DNA of 64,000 nt from Dehalococcoidia bacterium (GCA_963666125.1 OY762633.1:2050935-2114934), one strand, 5' to 3'; positions 45,933 to 56,926 are shown, counted from the first letter of the stretch. Numbers and translations: made by a program. Notes: generated from the letters alone by a model not told the origin.

Positions 45933-46850
45933 ATGTTCCGAAAGATACTAGTGCCGCTCGACGGCTCTGACGAGGCCGAGGCCATCCTGCCCTATGTGTC
46001 TCACATGGCCGCGGGCATGGACATCGGGGTCGTGCTTCTCTCGGTGATGGATCGCGGCGCCCTTGAGATGAGCGACTCCTATTACTCCAAGCTGTTCGAG
46101 CGAGCGGAGCAGGAGGCCAAGGGCAAGCTCCATAACGCTGCTCACCAGCTACGCCAGGACCGGGTTCGGATCGAGGAGCACGTCGTATCCGGGAGAGCGG
46201 ACTCGGAGATTGCGGCAGCAGCCGAGCGGCTCGGCTGCAACCTCATTGCCATGTCCACTCACGGGAGGAGCCTGCTGGGAAGAGGCATCCTCGGCAGCGT
46301 TACCGACAGGGTCGTCCACACGGCCTCCATTCCCGTGCTGACCATCACACCGTCCAAGGCGAGGGCCTACCATGGAAGCGACACCCTGGTCACCCGTCTG
46401 GTCGTTCCACTCGACGGCTCGGCGCTCGCCGAATCTGTCCTGCCCTACGTCAAAGACATGGCCTCCAAGCTCGAATACACTGTGGTCCTGCTCAGGGTGG
46501 TGCGGCCTCTCCACTACTTCTGGGCGGGTGAGCACCCCCCGGAGATACATGAAGAGAACGAGGTCATGGAGAGCGAGGCCAGGGAGTACCTGCAGGCGAC
46601 GGCCGAGAGTCTCAGCCGGGACGGCATCGACGTCGAGTGGCGCGTCCTGGTGGGCCACCCGACGACCATCGTCCTCGAGCAGGTCAGGGACATCCCCCAC
46701 AGCATCGTCGCCCTGACCACGCACGGGCGCTCGGGCTTCAGGCGCTGGCTCATAGGGAGCTTCGCGGAGACGCTGGTGCGCAGCGGCGGCGACCCCGTGC
46801 TGATCGTACCCCCACCGGAGCAGCGGGAGCAGACGAGCGACGATGCGTGA
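45933..46850 (+). CDS. Universal stress protein, tandem USP domains
   Basis: ATG 45933 within ORF 45516..46850. Two repeats of ILVPLDGS...; ATP-motif-like HGRSLLGRGILGSVTDRV and HGRSGFRRWLIGSFAETLV. Confidence 0.88.
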   Translation: MFRKILVPLDGSDEAEAILPYVSHMAAGMDIGVVLLSVMDRGALEMSDSYYSKLFERAEQEAKGKLHNAAHQLRQDRVRIEEHVVSGRADSEIAAAAERLGCNLIAMSTHGRSLLGRGILGSVTDRVVHTASIPVLTITPSKARAYHGSDTLVTRLVVPLDGSALAESVLPYVKDMASKLEYTVVLLRVVRPLHYFWAGEHPPEIHEENEVMESEAREYLQATAESLSRDGIDVEWRVLVGHPTTIVLEQVRDIPHSIVALTTHGRSGFRRWLIGSFAETLVRSGGDPVLIVPPPEQREQTSDDA

Positions 46851-49470
46851 CTCGGAAGCCATAGCGCGGATCAGGACACGCCCCTTCGCGGCGCTGTCCG
46901 ACAGGGAGCTGGCACGCGCCCTCGCAGGGATCCGTGGACGCAAGGGAGACGGTACGCCGGTAACGACGTTCTGCGCGGTCGACGAAGCGATACGGCGCCG
47001 CCTGTTCGCGGCCACGGACGAGCAGGTCCTCGCCGGGCTGCACATCTGGCGGGGAAGCGTCGTCGAGATGAGCGCGGGAGAGGGGAAGACCATCGCTGCC
47101 GTCTTCCCAGCCGTGAGCCACGCTACGGAGGGGCGGCGCGTGCACGTGATCACGGCGAACGACTACCTGGCCCTCCGGGACGCCGAGTATCTCGCCCCCG
47201 TCTACGAGTCGCTGGGCCTCACCGTCGGAGCCGTGCTCCAGCACATGAACGACGACGAGAGGCGCGGCGCGTACGGCGCCGACGTCGTGTACGGCACCGT
47301 ACGGGAGCTGGGCTTCGACTTCCTGCGCGACAACATGCGGCACTCGGACTGGGAGAGGGTTCAGCGCGGGCTCGATGTCGCCATAGTCGACGAGGCGGAC
47401 CAGGTACTGATCGACGAGTCGTCGACGCCCATGATCATCTCGTCCGGCCGCTCGGCCAGCCGGCGCTCGGTCCACGCCTCGAATAGGGTCGTGCGCGAGA
47501 TGGCGGCGCTCCAGGCGCGGGTTGCCGAGCGGCTGGAGCGTACGGTTCAGACGCTGTCCGACGACAACGAGAGGTGCCGGGCTCTGGCCGCGCTTTTCCT
47601 GGCCGACCCAGAGAACGAGTACGTTACCCGCCTCATGGCCGAAGACCCGGCGACCGGGAGGCGAGTCCGTGCCGATGCGGAAGACGCAATCGAGTTCGAC
47701 GACGATCCGGCCCACGTCGGGGGTCTCTACTACCGGATCGACGCCGGGAAGGCGTCGGTCATCCCGACCGAGCGGGGCAGCCGTTTCGTCGAGTCCCGCC
47801 TGGGTCCCACCTTCGACACGAGCGGACTCGAATCGGAGTTGGAGCGCGTTCGGGCGGGCCTTAGTCCTGACGTGGCAGAGAGACGGCGAGCCGAAGAGAG
47901 GCTGGACCGGCGCATCTCGCGGCGACGCTCCCTGTCGAACCAGGTCCACCAGGCCATGCGAGCCCATCTCCTCCTGCGCCGCGGCGTGGACTACGTCGTC
48001 TCGGAGGGCCAGGTGGTGCTGGTCGACCGGCTCACGGGTCGCCGCAGGCCGGACACGACCTACCGCAACGGACTCCACACGGCCCTGGAAGCGAAGGAGG
48101 GGCTGTCAATCAACCCCGAGCGGCAGACGGCGGCCCAGATCTCCACCCAGGGGTTCCTGCGCCAGTACGCGCACCTGAGCGGCATGACGGGGACGGCCCT
48201 CGCATCCAGAGACGAGCTGCGCCGCCTGTACGGGCTGGACGTGGCGCGCGTCCCCACGACCCTGCCGTCGCGGCGGGTCGACATGCGGCCCCTGGTATTC
48301 GGGACGACAGATGAGAAGCTGCGGGCTATGGTCGTCGAGGTTGAGTCCTGCGTGCGCGACGGGTGCCCGGTGCTGGTGGGTACGCAGACGGTCGAGCAGT
48401 CGGTGGCCGTCAGCGGCGCGCTGATGGACCGCGGCATCCCGCACCGGACGCTGAACGCGATCAACAGCGCCGACGAGGAGGCGATAGTGAGGGCGGCAGG
48501 GCGACAAGGGGCCGTCACCGTGGCTACCAACATGGCGGGACGCGGCACCGACATAGTGCCGGAGCCCGGTACGGGCCTGCACGTCATCGGCACCGAGATG
48601 AACCCTTCCAGGCGGGTCGACGACCAGTTCAAGGGACGGGCAGGGCGGCAGGGCCAGCCGGGCACGACGCGTTTCATCGTGTCGCTGGAGGACCGCCCCT
48701 TCGCAGGCAGAACCCTGGGAGCAGGGATCCGTAGCCGGGCCCGTGCGCACGGCCAGTCACCCGATCTTGGCCTGCTGCCTGTAGACGACCGCGAGCTCGA
48801 ACGCATGCAGGACCTCTCGACCCTGGACGACGAGGCCCAGCGAGCCTTCCTGTCCGACTACTACCGTGTGATCGACGGACAGACCCTGGCTTACTACTCT
48901 CGTAGAAGGGCAACGCCGGCATCCGATGACACGTACCAGGAGTGCGTTCGCGCCGCTCGCGGACTAGCTGGGAGGGCGGTCGAACGACGCTTCGGGAGGG
49001 CGCCGGTTACCAGCTACGAACGCCGCTTCGACGAGCTGGCGGCTGAGATGTCCCTGGACTTCGGCCTAGACTGCGAAGGGCTGTGGGGCCTCGGCTTGGA
49101 CGCACTCGCACAGGGGCTTGGCGACATACTGGTCGACAGGCTGGACGAAGCGCGCGGAGGGATGGGCGCGGCTCGCTTCGACGATCTGGCTCGCACGGTG
49201 CTGGTCCAGACCGGCGACGACCTGTGGTGCGGTCACCTCGAGCGTCTCCAGGAGATGATGGCCGTTGCTCCCCTCGCGCCCGCCGACCACCGGTCCGCCG
49301 TGGCGGCGTTCCAGCGCGGCTGCGCTGCGGAGTACGAGGGATTCGTACAGGACACACTCGATTCCTTCATACCCAGGCTGCTGGAGGCGGCGGACTCCGA
49401 GATTGCTCAGAACGATCCTGAGCCTTGGGACGTGGAGCTGCCCGCTGAGCTTGCCGGAATACTGGTCTGA
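46843..49470 (+). CDS. Divergent SecA-like ATPase (SecA paralogue)
   Basis: 875 aa, with an 8-nt overlap (ATGCGTGA) onto the USP gene. SecA motor motifs MSAGEGKTIAA, VITANDYLALRDAE, VDEADQVLIDESSTPMIISSG, GLHTALEAKEG, SGMTGTA, TNMAGRGTDI and KGRAGRQGQPGTT. The usual N-terminal amphipathic helix and the C-terminal zinc-finger tail are missing. Confidence 0.8.
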   Translation: MRDSEAIARIRTRPFAALSDRELARALAGIRGRKGDGTPVTTFCAVDEAIRRRLFAATDEQVLAGLHIWRGSVVEMSAGEGKTIAAVFPAVSHATEGRRVHVITANDYLALRDAEYLAPVYESLGLTVGAVLQHMNDDERRGAYGADVVYGTVRELGFDFLRDNMRHSDWERVQRGLDVAIVDEADQVLIDESSTPMIISSGRSASRRSVHASNRVVREMAALQARVAERLERTVQTLSDDNERCRALAALFLADPENEYVTRLMAEDPATGRRVRADAEDAIEFDDDPAHVGGLYYRIDAGKASVIPTERGSRFVESRLGPTFDTSGLESELERVRAGLSPDVAERRRAEERLDRRISRRRSLSNQVHQAMRAHLLLRRGVDYVVSEGQVVLVDRLTGRRRPDTTYRNGLHTALEAKEGLSINPERQTAAQISTQGFLRQYAHLSGMTGTALASRDELRRLYGLDVARVPTTLPSRRVDMRPLVFGTTDEKLRAMVVEVESCVRDGCPVLVGTQTVEQSVAVSGALMDRGIPHRTLNAINSADEEAIVRAAGRQGAVTVATNMAGRGTDIVPEPGTGLHVIGTEMNPSRRVDDQFKGRAGRQGQPGTTRFIVSLEDRPFAGRTLGAGIRSRARAHGQSPDLGLLPVDDRELERMQDLSTLDDEAQRAFLSDYYRVIDGQTLAYYSRRRATPASDDTYQECVRAARGLAGRAVERRFGRAPVTSYERRFDELAAEMSLDFGLDCEGLWGLGLDALAQGLGDILVDRLDEARGGMGAARFDDLARTVLVQTGDDLWCGHLERLQEMMAVAPLAPADHRSAVAAFQRGCAAEYEGFVQDTLDSFIPRLLEAADSEIAQNDPEPWDVELPAELAGILV

Positions 49471-49517
49471 GACTGGAAGACGACGGGTTGGCCCGCCGAC
49501 CCGATGGAGGCACTGAG

Positions 49518-50351
49518 ATGAACAAGAGATTTACGAGGCTAGGCACCCGCACCGCCGCAGGCGCGTTGATCGCCGCAGGCCCCGTCGTTGCCGCGTGCAG
49601 CTCCGGCCCCAGCTACGAGGAGTGGGCCGCAACCGACGGGGCCGCCGGACGCATAAACCTGGACGACGTGCAGCAGGCCTTCAAGGATTCCGACAGCGCC
49701 ACCGACTTTGAGAAGCGCGTCAACGAGATCTACGAGGGCGACGGGCTCGTTCTGATACGGGCCCGGCAGGACCCCGACGCGCTGGTGCTGGAGGGGTGGG
49801 AGGACCTGAACAAGAACTACGAGATCGACGACGCTGAGGACGACAAGCTGTTCGACATCGTGAAGCGGAACGAGCAGCACGAGATGCGCGGATACGGCGC
49901 GAATTCGTACTATCACCGCCCCTTCGGGGCAGGCGATTTCCTGTTCACCTACCTGCTCATCTCGTCCCTGAGTCCGATGGGGTATTACTACTACACGCCC
50001 CCCATATACGCCCGCGGCGGCCTGAGCAGCCACCGCGACAACTACCGAGGCTCCTCCGGGTACCGCAGCCAGGTCTCCCGGAACAGCAGGTACTTCACCA
50101 GCCAGAAGACGGGCTTCGCTTCCTCGCGATACAACTCGGCGGGCAAGAACCTGAGCACGGCCAGGACGAGCTACCGGTCGACCCAGCAGTCCACGGGCGC
50201 GTACAAGAGCAGCTCCACGGGCGTGCGGAGCTCCTGGGGGTCCAGGAGCGGTGGAAGCTCGATACGGTCGTCGAGCGTGAGCCGCAGCGGCGGGTTCAGG
50301 GGTTTCGGCGGCGCTCAGCACGTCATCGGCGTAGACAGGTGGGCCGGCTAG
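49518..50351 (+). CDS. Lipoprotein with acidic globular domain and S/R/G/Y-rich low-complexity tail
   Basis: ATG 49518 follows a GGAGG RBS (ORF 49488..50351). Lipobox PVVAAC|SS. Acidic domain, YYYYTPPIY, then a tail of roughly 110 aa rich in S, R, G and Y, ending SRSGGFRGFGG. Confidence 0.7.
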   Translation: MNKRFTRLGTRTAAGALIAAGPVVAACSSGPSYEEWAATDGAAGRINLDDVQQAFKDSDSATDFEKRVNEIYEGDGLVLIRARQDPDALVLEGWEDLNKNYEIDDAEDDKLFDIVKRNEQHEMRGYGANSYYHRPFGAGDFLFTYLLISSLSPMGYYYYTPPIYARGGLSSHRDNYRGSSGYRSQVSRNSRYFTSQKTGFASSRYNSAGKNLSTARTSYRSTQQSTGAYKSSSTGVRSSWGSRSGGSSIRSSSVSRSGGFRGFGGAQHVIGVDRWAG

Positions 50352-50367
50352 GGGCCGGGCGGCCCGA

Positions 50368-51384
50368 TTGAAGGGAGCGTACTTCCTCACGACCCAGCCC
50401 GGCTGGGCCTTCGCCACGCTGCGAGAGCTTCGCGGCATCGGCGTCGCCGACCGCGTGGCCTTTCACCACCGCGACTCCTCGCTGCTCACCCCGGCAGTGG
50501 AAGGGCTCGATTCGGTACGGCTGCTCACCCCTGCCGGAGTACATGGCTCCCTGGCCGAGTTCGCCCCGTCCGGGCGATTGGACGCGGCGGGCGAGCTGGC
50601 GCGGCGGCTCGACAGCGGCCGCCTCAAGGCTTCCATCCTGCGATGGCTGCCGCTGGCGGAGGGGACGGCGTCCCGCCGATTTTCGGTGACGACCGAGCTT
50701 TACGGGCGCACGTCCATACGCAGGGACGCGCTCCACAGGGTCGTGAGCCGCGCCGTCGCAGCCGCTTTCCCCAGGTGGCGTATCTCCCAGCGCGAGGGCC
50801 TCAAACTGGTGTGCAAGGCTGACGCTGAGAAGGCCATACTCGGCCTGCAGCTATACAGCAACCTTGGCGGCGAGCAGGACGGGCGGCCCGGCGTACTCAG
50901 GGGCCACCTCGCCTGCGGCCTCCTTACGGTCGCGGGAGTGGGCAGCGGCGACTCGGTATTCGATCCCTTCATGGGAACAGGGACGATCCTGGAGATGGCG
51001 GCCGACGTGTACGGCGCTGCCCCGGTAATCGGCCTGGAGGTGGACGCAGACGCCTACCGCGCCGCCTGCATGAGGCTCGCAGGACGCCGAGCGACCCTGG
51101 TCAACGCGCCGTTCGAGGACTTCGACTACGCATCGCTGCCCGCAGGGAGCAGGTTCGTCTCCAACCTGCCCTTCGGCGTCAGGTTCGCCCAGGTACGAAC
51201 GGCTGCCCTGCTGCGTCTCATCCGGCGACCGGAGTTGAGTGGCTCGCCGGCGGCGATCCTTCTCGCCCGCCAACAGGCCGACCGCATCGCGCCTGAAACC
51301 GGGATGAGGCGCAAGAACGTCCTAGTGCTGGGTCAGCCCGCCAGCATCCTCTACGGCAGGGCTTCCACTCCTATTATGACTTAG
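50368..51384 (+). CDS. Class I SAM-dependent methyltransferase, UPF0020/RlmL-like
   Basis: 338 aa, TTG start. Motif I VFDPFMGTGTILEMA, motif IV NLPFG. The N-terminal domain of about 170 aa is possibly THUMP-like. Confidence 0.65.
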   Translation: MKGAYFLTTQPGWAFATLRELRGIGVADRVAFHHRDSSLLTPAVEGLDSVRLLTPAGVHGSLAEFAPSGRLDAAGELARRLDSGRLKASILRWLPLAEGTASRRFSVTTELYGRTSIRRDALHRVVSRAVAAAFPRWRISQREGLKLVCKADAEKAILGLQLYSNLGGEQDGRPGVLRGHLACGLLTVAGVGSGDSVFDPFMGTGTILEMAADVYGAAPVIGLEVDADAYRAACMRLAGRRATLVNAPFEDFDYASLPAGSRFVSNLPFGVRFAQVRTAALLRLIRRPELSGSPAAILLARQQADRIAPETGMRRKNVLVLGQPASILYGRASTPIMT

Positions 51385-51396
51385 TCCGTCTCACGA

Positions 51397-51555
51397 TAAT
51401 AAGACGAGACGTTATTTTGAGTTATAGCTATTTATCGAAATAAGGTGCGGCGTTATTTTGAGTTCCTGAGTAAGATGGGGGAAGCCGCGAATTACCTTAT
51501 TTTGACTTATGCTCATTTGCTATAATAAGAGCTGCGCTTATTTCGAGTTCTTGAG
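51397..51555 (+). promoter_or_regulatory. AT-rich array of phased repeats/palindromic operators with an extended -10 promoter upstream of the Fic gene
   Basis: TTATTTYGA(G/C)TT occurs at 51412, 51453, 51497 and 51538 (spacing 41, 44 and 41 nt). Three copies are the right arm of a palindrome, AATAA(G)-N7-9-(C)TTATT. TGcTATAAT at 51518-51526 overlaps the last palindrome. The GGAGG RBS lies at 51570-51574. Confidence 0.6.
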
Positions 51556-51583
51556 GGATCCTTGACTTAGGAGGCGCTCTGCC

Positions 51584-52747
51584 ATGCGACGCGGCCCAAC
51601 GGGCAGGTATCACGTCAGGAGCTACGGAGATGAGCAGGTCCGCGCCTTCGTCCCAGTGCCCTTGCCGCCGGACCCGCCTCTGACCCTGGACGGAGACCTG
51701 CAGCAACTTCTGGAAAGGACGCTCATAGCCCTGGGGCGCCTGGACAGCGTCACCGCCCTGCTGCCGGAGCCCGCCCTTTTCATCTACGCCTACGTCCGCA
51801 AGGAAGCGGTACTCTCCTCGCAGATCGAGGGTACCCAGTCGTCCTTCTCCGACCTCGTGAAGTTCGAAAGCGACGAGGCGCCGGGCGCTCCACTTGACGA
51901 CGTCTTGGAGGTCTCCAGCTACGTGGCCGCCCTCTACCATGGTCTGGATCGGCTGCGCGGCGGGTTCCCATTATCCAACCGGCTTATTCGAGAGATCCAC
52001 GGCGCACTGCTCTCTGGCGGGCGGGGCAGTGAGAAGTCACCGGGCGAGTTTCGGACATCGCAGAACTGGATCGGCGGCTCGCGCCCCGGCAACGCCGCCT
52101 TCGTCCCCCCGCCGCCCGCGGAGGTTGCCGACTGCATGGGAGCGCTGGAGCGCTTCCTTCATGCAACGGACGACGGGTTGCCTGTACTGGTGCGGGCTGG
52201 GCTGGCGCACGTCCAGTTCGAGACCATCCACCCTTTTCTGGACGGCAACGGGCGCGTCGGACGGCTGCTCGTCACCTTTCTCCTCTGGGAAGCTGGAGTG
52301 CTTCAAGAGCCTCTCCTCTACCTGAGTCTGTACCTGAAGCGGCATCGTTCAACCTACTACGACCTGCTGGACAGGGTGCGCCGGACTGGTGACTGGGAGG
52401 TGTGGATGGCCTTCTTCCTGGAGGGCGTGCGGGAGACGGCCGAGGGTGCCGTGGCCACATCCATCCGGCTCTCGGACATGGTCAGGGAGGACGGTGCCAG
52501 GATTGAAGGGCTCGGACGCATGGCCGCGTCGGCGTTGCGGGTGCACCAGGCCTTGACTTCGCACCCGGTCCGGTCTCTCTCTCAGGTCTGCGAGCGTACT
52601 GGACTTGCATTCTCCACAGCCTCTTCGGCCATGCAGTCTCTGGTAGAGCTTGGAATTGCCCTCGAGATAACGGGCCGTCGTCGGGGCCGCCTCTTCGCAT
52701 ACGACGGCTACATCTCGATCCTGAACGAAGGGACCGAGCCCGAATAA
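51584..52747 (+). CDS. Fic-family protein (AMPylase-type) with N-terminal inhibitory motif and C-terminal winged-helix-like domain
   Basis: 387 aa. Fic motif [12 protein letters not shown]. An upstream (S/T)xxxE(G/N) inhibitory motif lies in [10 protein letters not shown]. The C-terminal region of about 90 aa is helical. Confidence 0.9.
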   Translation: MRRGPTGRYHVRSYGDEQVRAFVPVPLPPDPPLTLDGDLQQLLERTLIALGRLDSVTALLPEPALFIYAYVRKEAVLSSQIEGTQSSFSDLVKFESDEAPGAPLDDVLEVSSYVAALYHGLDRLRGGFPLSNRLIREIHGALLSGGRGSEKSPGEFRTSQNWIGGSRPGNAAFVPPPPAEVADCMGALERFLHATDDGLPVLVRAGLAHVQFETIHPFLDGNGRVGRLLVTFLLWEAGVLQEPLLYLSLYLKRHRSTYYDLLDRVRRTGDWEVWMAFFLEGVRETAEGAVATSIRLSDMVREDGARIEGLGRMAASALRVHQALTSHPVRSLSQVCERTGLAFSTASSAMQSLVELGIALEITGRRRGRLFAYDGYISILNEGTEPE

Positions 52748-52809
52748 GTGGGCCACGAGATGTCCCTGCGGGACGCGAGCCAATCCCCATATGTTACCCT
52801 TGACCGGAG

Positions 52810-53321
52810 ATGAGGCCCAGCACCAGCACCCTCCGAGCGTCGATGTCATGGCTCGCGCTCGCCTTCGTCGTCGCGGCGTGCTCGGCCACGAACGACGTGC
52901 CTGACCTGGAGCGGCGCGCCCAGCAGATCAACAAGTCCGTGATGTGCCCGGTCTGCCCCGGGGAGTCGATCGACCAGTCGCAGCACCCCCTGGCCGTCCA
53001 GATGCGTGCGGCCGTTGACGAGAAGCTGGGCGAGGGCTGGAGCGACGCGCAGGTGAGGGAGTTCTTCGTCGAGCGGTACGGCCCCGCCGTTCTCCTCGAG
53101 CCTCCAGCCGAGGGAGCTCACTTGGTGGCGTGGATCGTCCCGCCCCTGGGCACGGCGCTCGCCCTCGCGGCCCTGTACATGGTGGTGCGGCTGATGGCGC
53201 GGCCCCGTTCAAGGCCGGCAGAGGCCGCCGATGAGATGACCGCCGCGGAGCGTGACGAGTACGTCGCACGGATCGAGGCCGTTCTGGACGGCGACAGCCC
53301 CAGGGCCAGGGAGGACGCCGG

Positions 53322-53325
<4 letters not shown>
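52810..53325 (+). CDS. ccmH: Cytochrome c-type biogenesis protein CcmH
   Basis: 171 aa. Signal/lipobox-like N-terminus, CPVCPGESIDQS (CxxC of CcmH), C-terminal TM. Confidence 0.8.
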
Positions 53326-55306
<1,981 letters not shown>

Positions 55307-55310
<4 letters not shown>

Positions 55311-55708
55311 CGGCAGTGCCCGAGAGCAGCCCGTGGCTGGTGCTGGTCGGTCTCGCGCTGGTTGCGATTCCCCTCGCCGCCATACTGTACCCGTTCCTCA
55401 GGCGCCGCGGGCTGCATGGGGTGCTGGCCGATGCCGAGCCGCATGAGGAGCTCGACAGGCGGTGGGACGCCGCCCTGGCGGGGCTTCGCAGCGCGGAGCT
55501 GGAGCGCGCCATCGGCACCCTCGGCGAGGAGGACTACCAGGTCCTGCGCGAGCAGTACATGACCGAGGCCGCCCTCGTCCTCAGATCGCTGGAGATGGAG
55601 GCGGGCAGGGAAGCAGACCTGCTCGCCCGCGTGGAGGAGGAGATCAGGCGCGTCAGGGAGGGCTTCCTCGGCGGCGAGACCGACCCAGGTACGGAGGATC
55701 GGGAGTGA
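55307..55708 (+). CDS. Small single-pass membrane protein, possible CcmI-like helper
   Basis: Tail of ORF 53252..55708. GTG 55307 (GTGA overlap with the ccmF stop) or GTG 55316. TM WLVLVGLALVAIPLAAILYPF, then a charged helical region (GTLGEEDYQVLREQY). Confidence 0.5.
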
Positions 55709-56871
55709 TCGCGCGGGTCGCCGCCGTCGTCGCGCTGCTGCTCATGGCTTCGGCGGGCGCGGCTGCGGCCCAGGACGGTTCGACGATTACCGTCGAGGGC
55801 GCCGTCCTCGATGGCACGGCGGGCAGCCACGTTGGGCCCGGCCTCCCGGTGTTCCTGGTCAGCAGCGCTGGGTCCGAGAACGAGATGCAGACGACCACGG
55901 ACGAGGACGGCAGGTTCCGGTTCGACTCGCCGCCTCCTCCGTCCGGCGAGAGGCTTGGCGTCTCCCTCCAGTACAAGGGGGCCGTGTACGGGGAGATCGT
56001 GGGGATCGTGGACGGCCTCACCCTGCCCGTGACCATCACCGTTTACGACTCCTCGAACGACGAGCTGCTGATCGAGGCGTCGAGCGCGTCCCTTCTGTTC
56101 GCCCGGGTCGACAGGGCCAGCCAGACCCTATGGGCGCTGGAGATAGTCAAGCTGGTCAACGACAGCGACCTCACCTACATACCGGGGTCCGGCCCCATGG
56201 ATCTACTGCGTTTCGGCCTGCCGCCCAGGGCCGATGACCTCACGGTGGACACTGGGCTCATCGGCGCGGACATCCTGCAGGTGGACCGGGGCTTCGCCAT
56301 CGTGGTGCCCGTACCTCCCGGCGAGCATGAGGTGATGTACGCCTACAGCTTCCCTTACGACGGCGCCGAGCTGGACCTCACCAAGTCGCTGCTCTACGGG
56401 GCCTCGGGCTTGAGGATCCTCGTGCCCGAGGAGGTCGGCGGGCTGAGCGGCCCGGGCGAGATAGAGCGGGTGACGATCGGCGACAGGCCCTACCGGCTCC
56501 TCACCGGCGCCGACCTGCCACGCGGCGCTAAGATCCCCTACCGGCTCGTCTCGCTGCCCCAGGCCACCATCGGCGACCGCGCCCTGCAGGGCCTGGGCTG
56601 GATACGCCTCGAGTACGCCGCCGTCGTCGGCCTCGGCCTCGTGATGGCTTCCCTGATCGCCTACGCCCTCGTCCGCCGCAGCCCGGCGGAGTCGGCGGAG
56701 CGAGTACGCCTCGTCCGCGTCATCGCCTCCCTCGACGCGGCCTTCGAAGCGGGCGAAATCGGCCGCACCGAGTACGACCAGGCCCGCCGCGCCCTCACAG
56801 CCAGCCTAACCGCGCTCCCCGGCCCGACCCGTCCAACTGGAGAAGACCGGGACGCCGCCTCGGCCCGCTAG
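55705..56871 (+). CDS. Secreted/membrane-anchored protein with carboxypeptidase-regulatory-like N-domain
   Basis: GTG 55705 (GTGA overlap) within ORF 55462..56871. Signal peptide VAAVVALLLMASAGAAAAQ, then TITVEGAVLDGT...TTTDEDGRFRF, a C-terminal TM and a helical tail (AFEAGEIGRTEYDQARRAL). Confidence 0.55.
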   Translation: MIARVAAVVALLLMASAGAAAAQDGSTITVEGAVLDGTAGSHVGPGLPVFLVSSAGSENEMQTTTDEDGRFRFDSPPPPSGERLGVSLQYKGAVYGEIVGIVDGLTLPVTITVYDSSNDELLIEASSASLLFARVDRASQTLWALEIVKLVNDSDLTYIPGSGPMDLLRFGLPPRADDLTVDTGLIGADILQVDRGFAIVVPVPPGEHEVMYAYSFPYDGAELDLTKSLLYGASGLRILVPEEVGGLSGPGEIERVTIGDRPYRLLTGADLPRGAKIPYRLVSLPQATIGDRALQGLGWIRLEYAAVVGLGLVMASLIAYALVRRSPAESAERVRLVRVIASLDAAFEAGEIGRTEYDQARRALTASLTALPGPTRPTGEDRDAASAR

Positions 56872-56926
56872 CCCCGCCAGACGGGTATAATCGCCAGACC
56901 AACCCGGACTTCATTCGGAGGACACG

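Noticed and set aside
51397-51555. Whether the repeat array is a small CRISPR array.
   Set aside because: The repeats are short, imperfect, AT-rich and partly palindromic, with spacing of 41-44 nt. There is no cas gene or leader-like context. An operator or iteron-like interpretation fits better.
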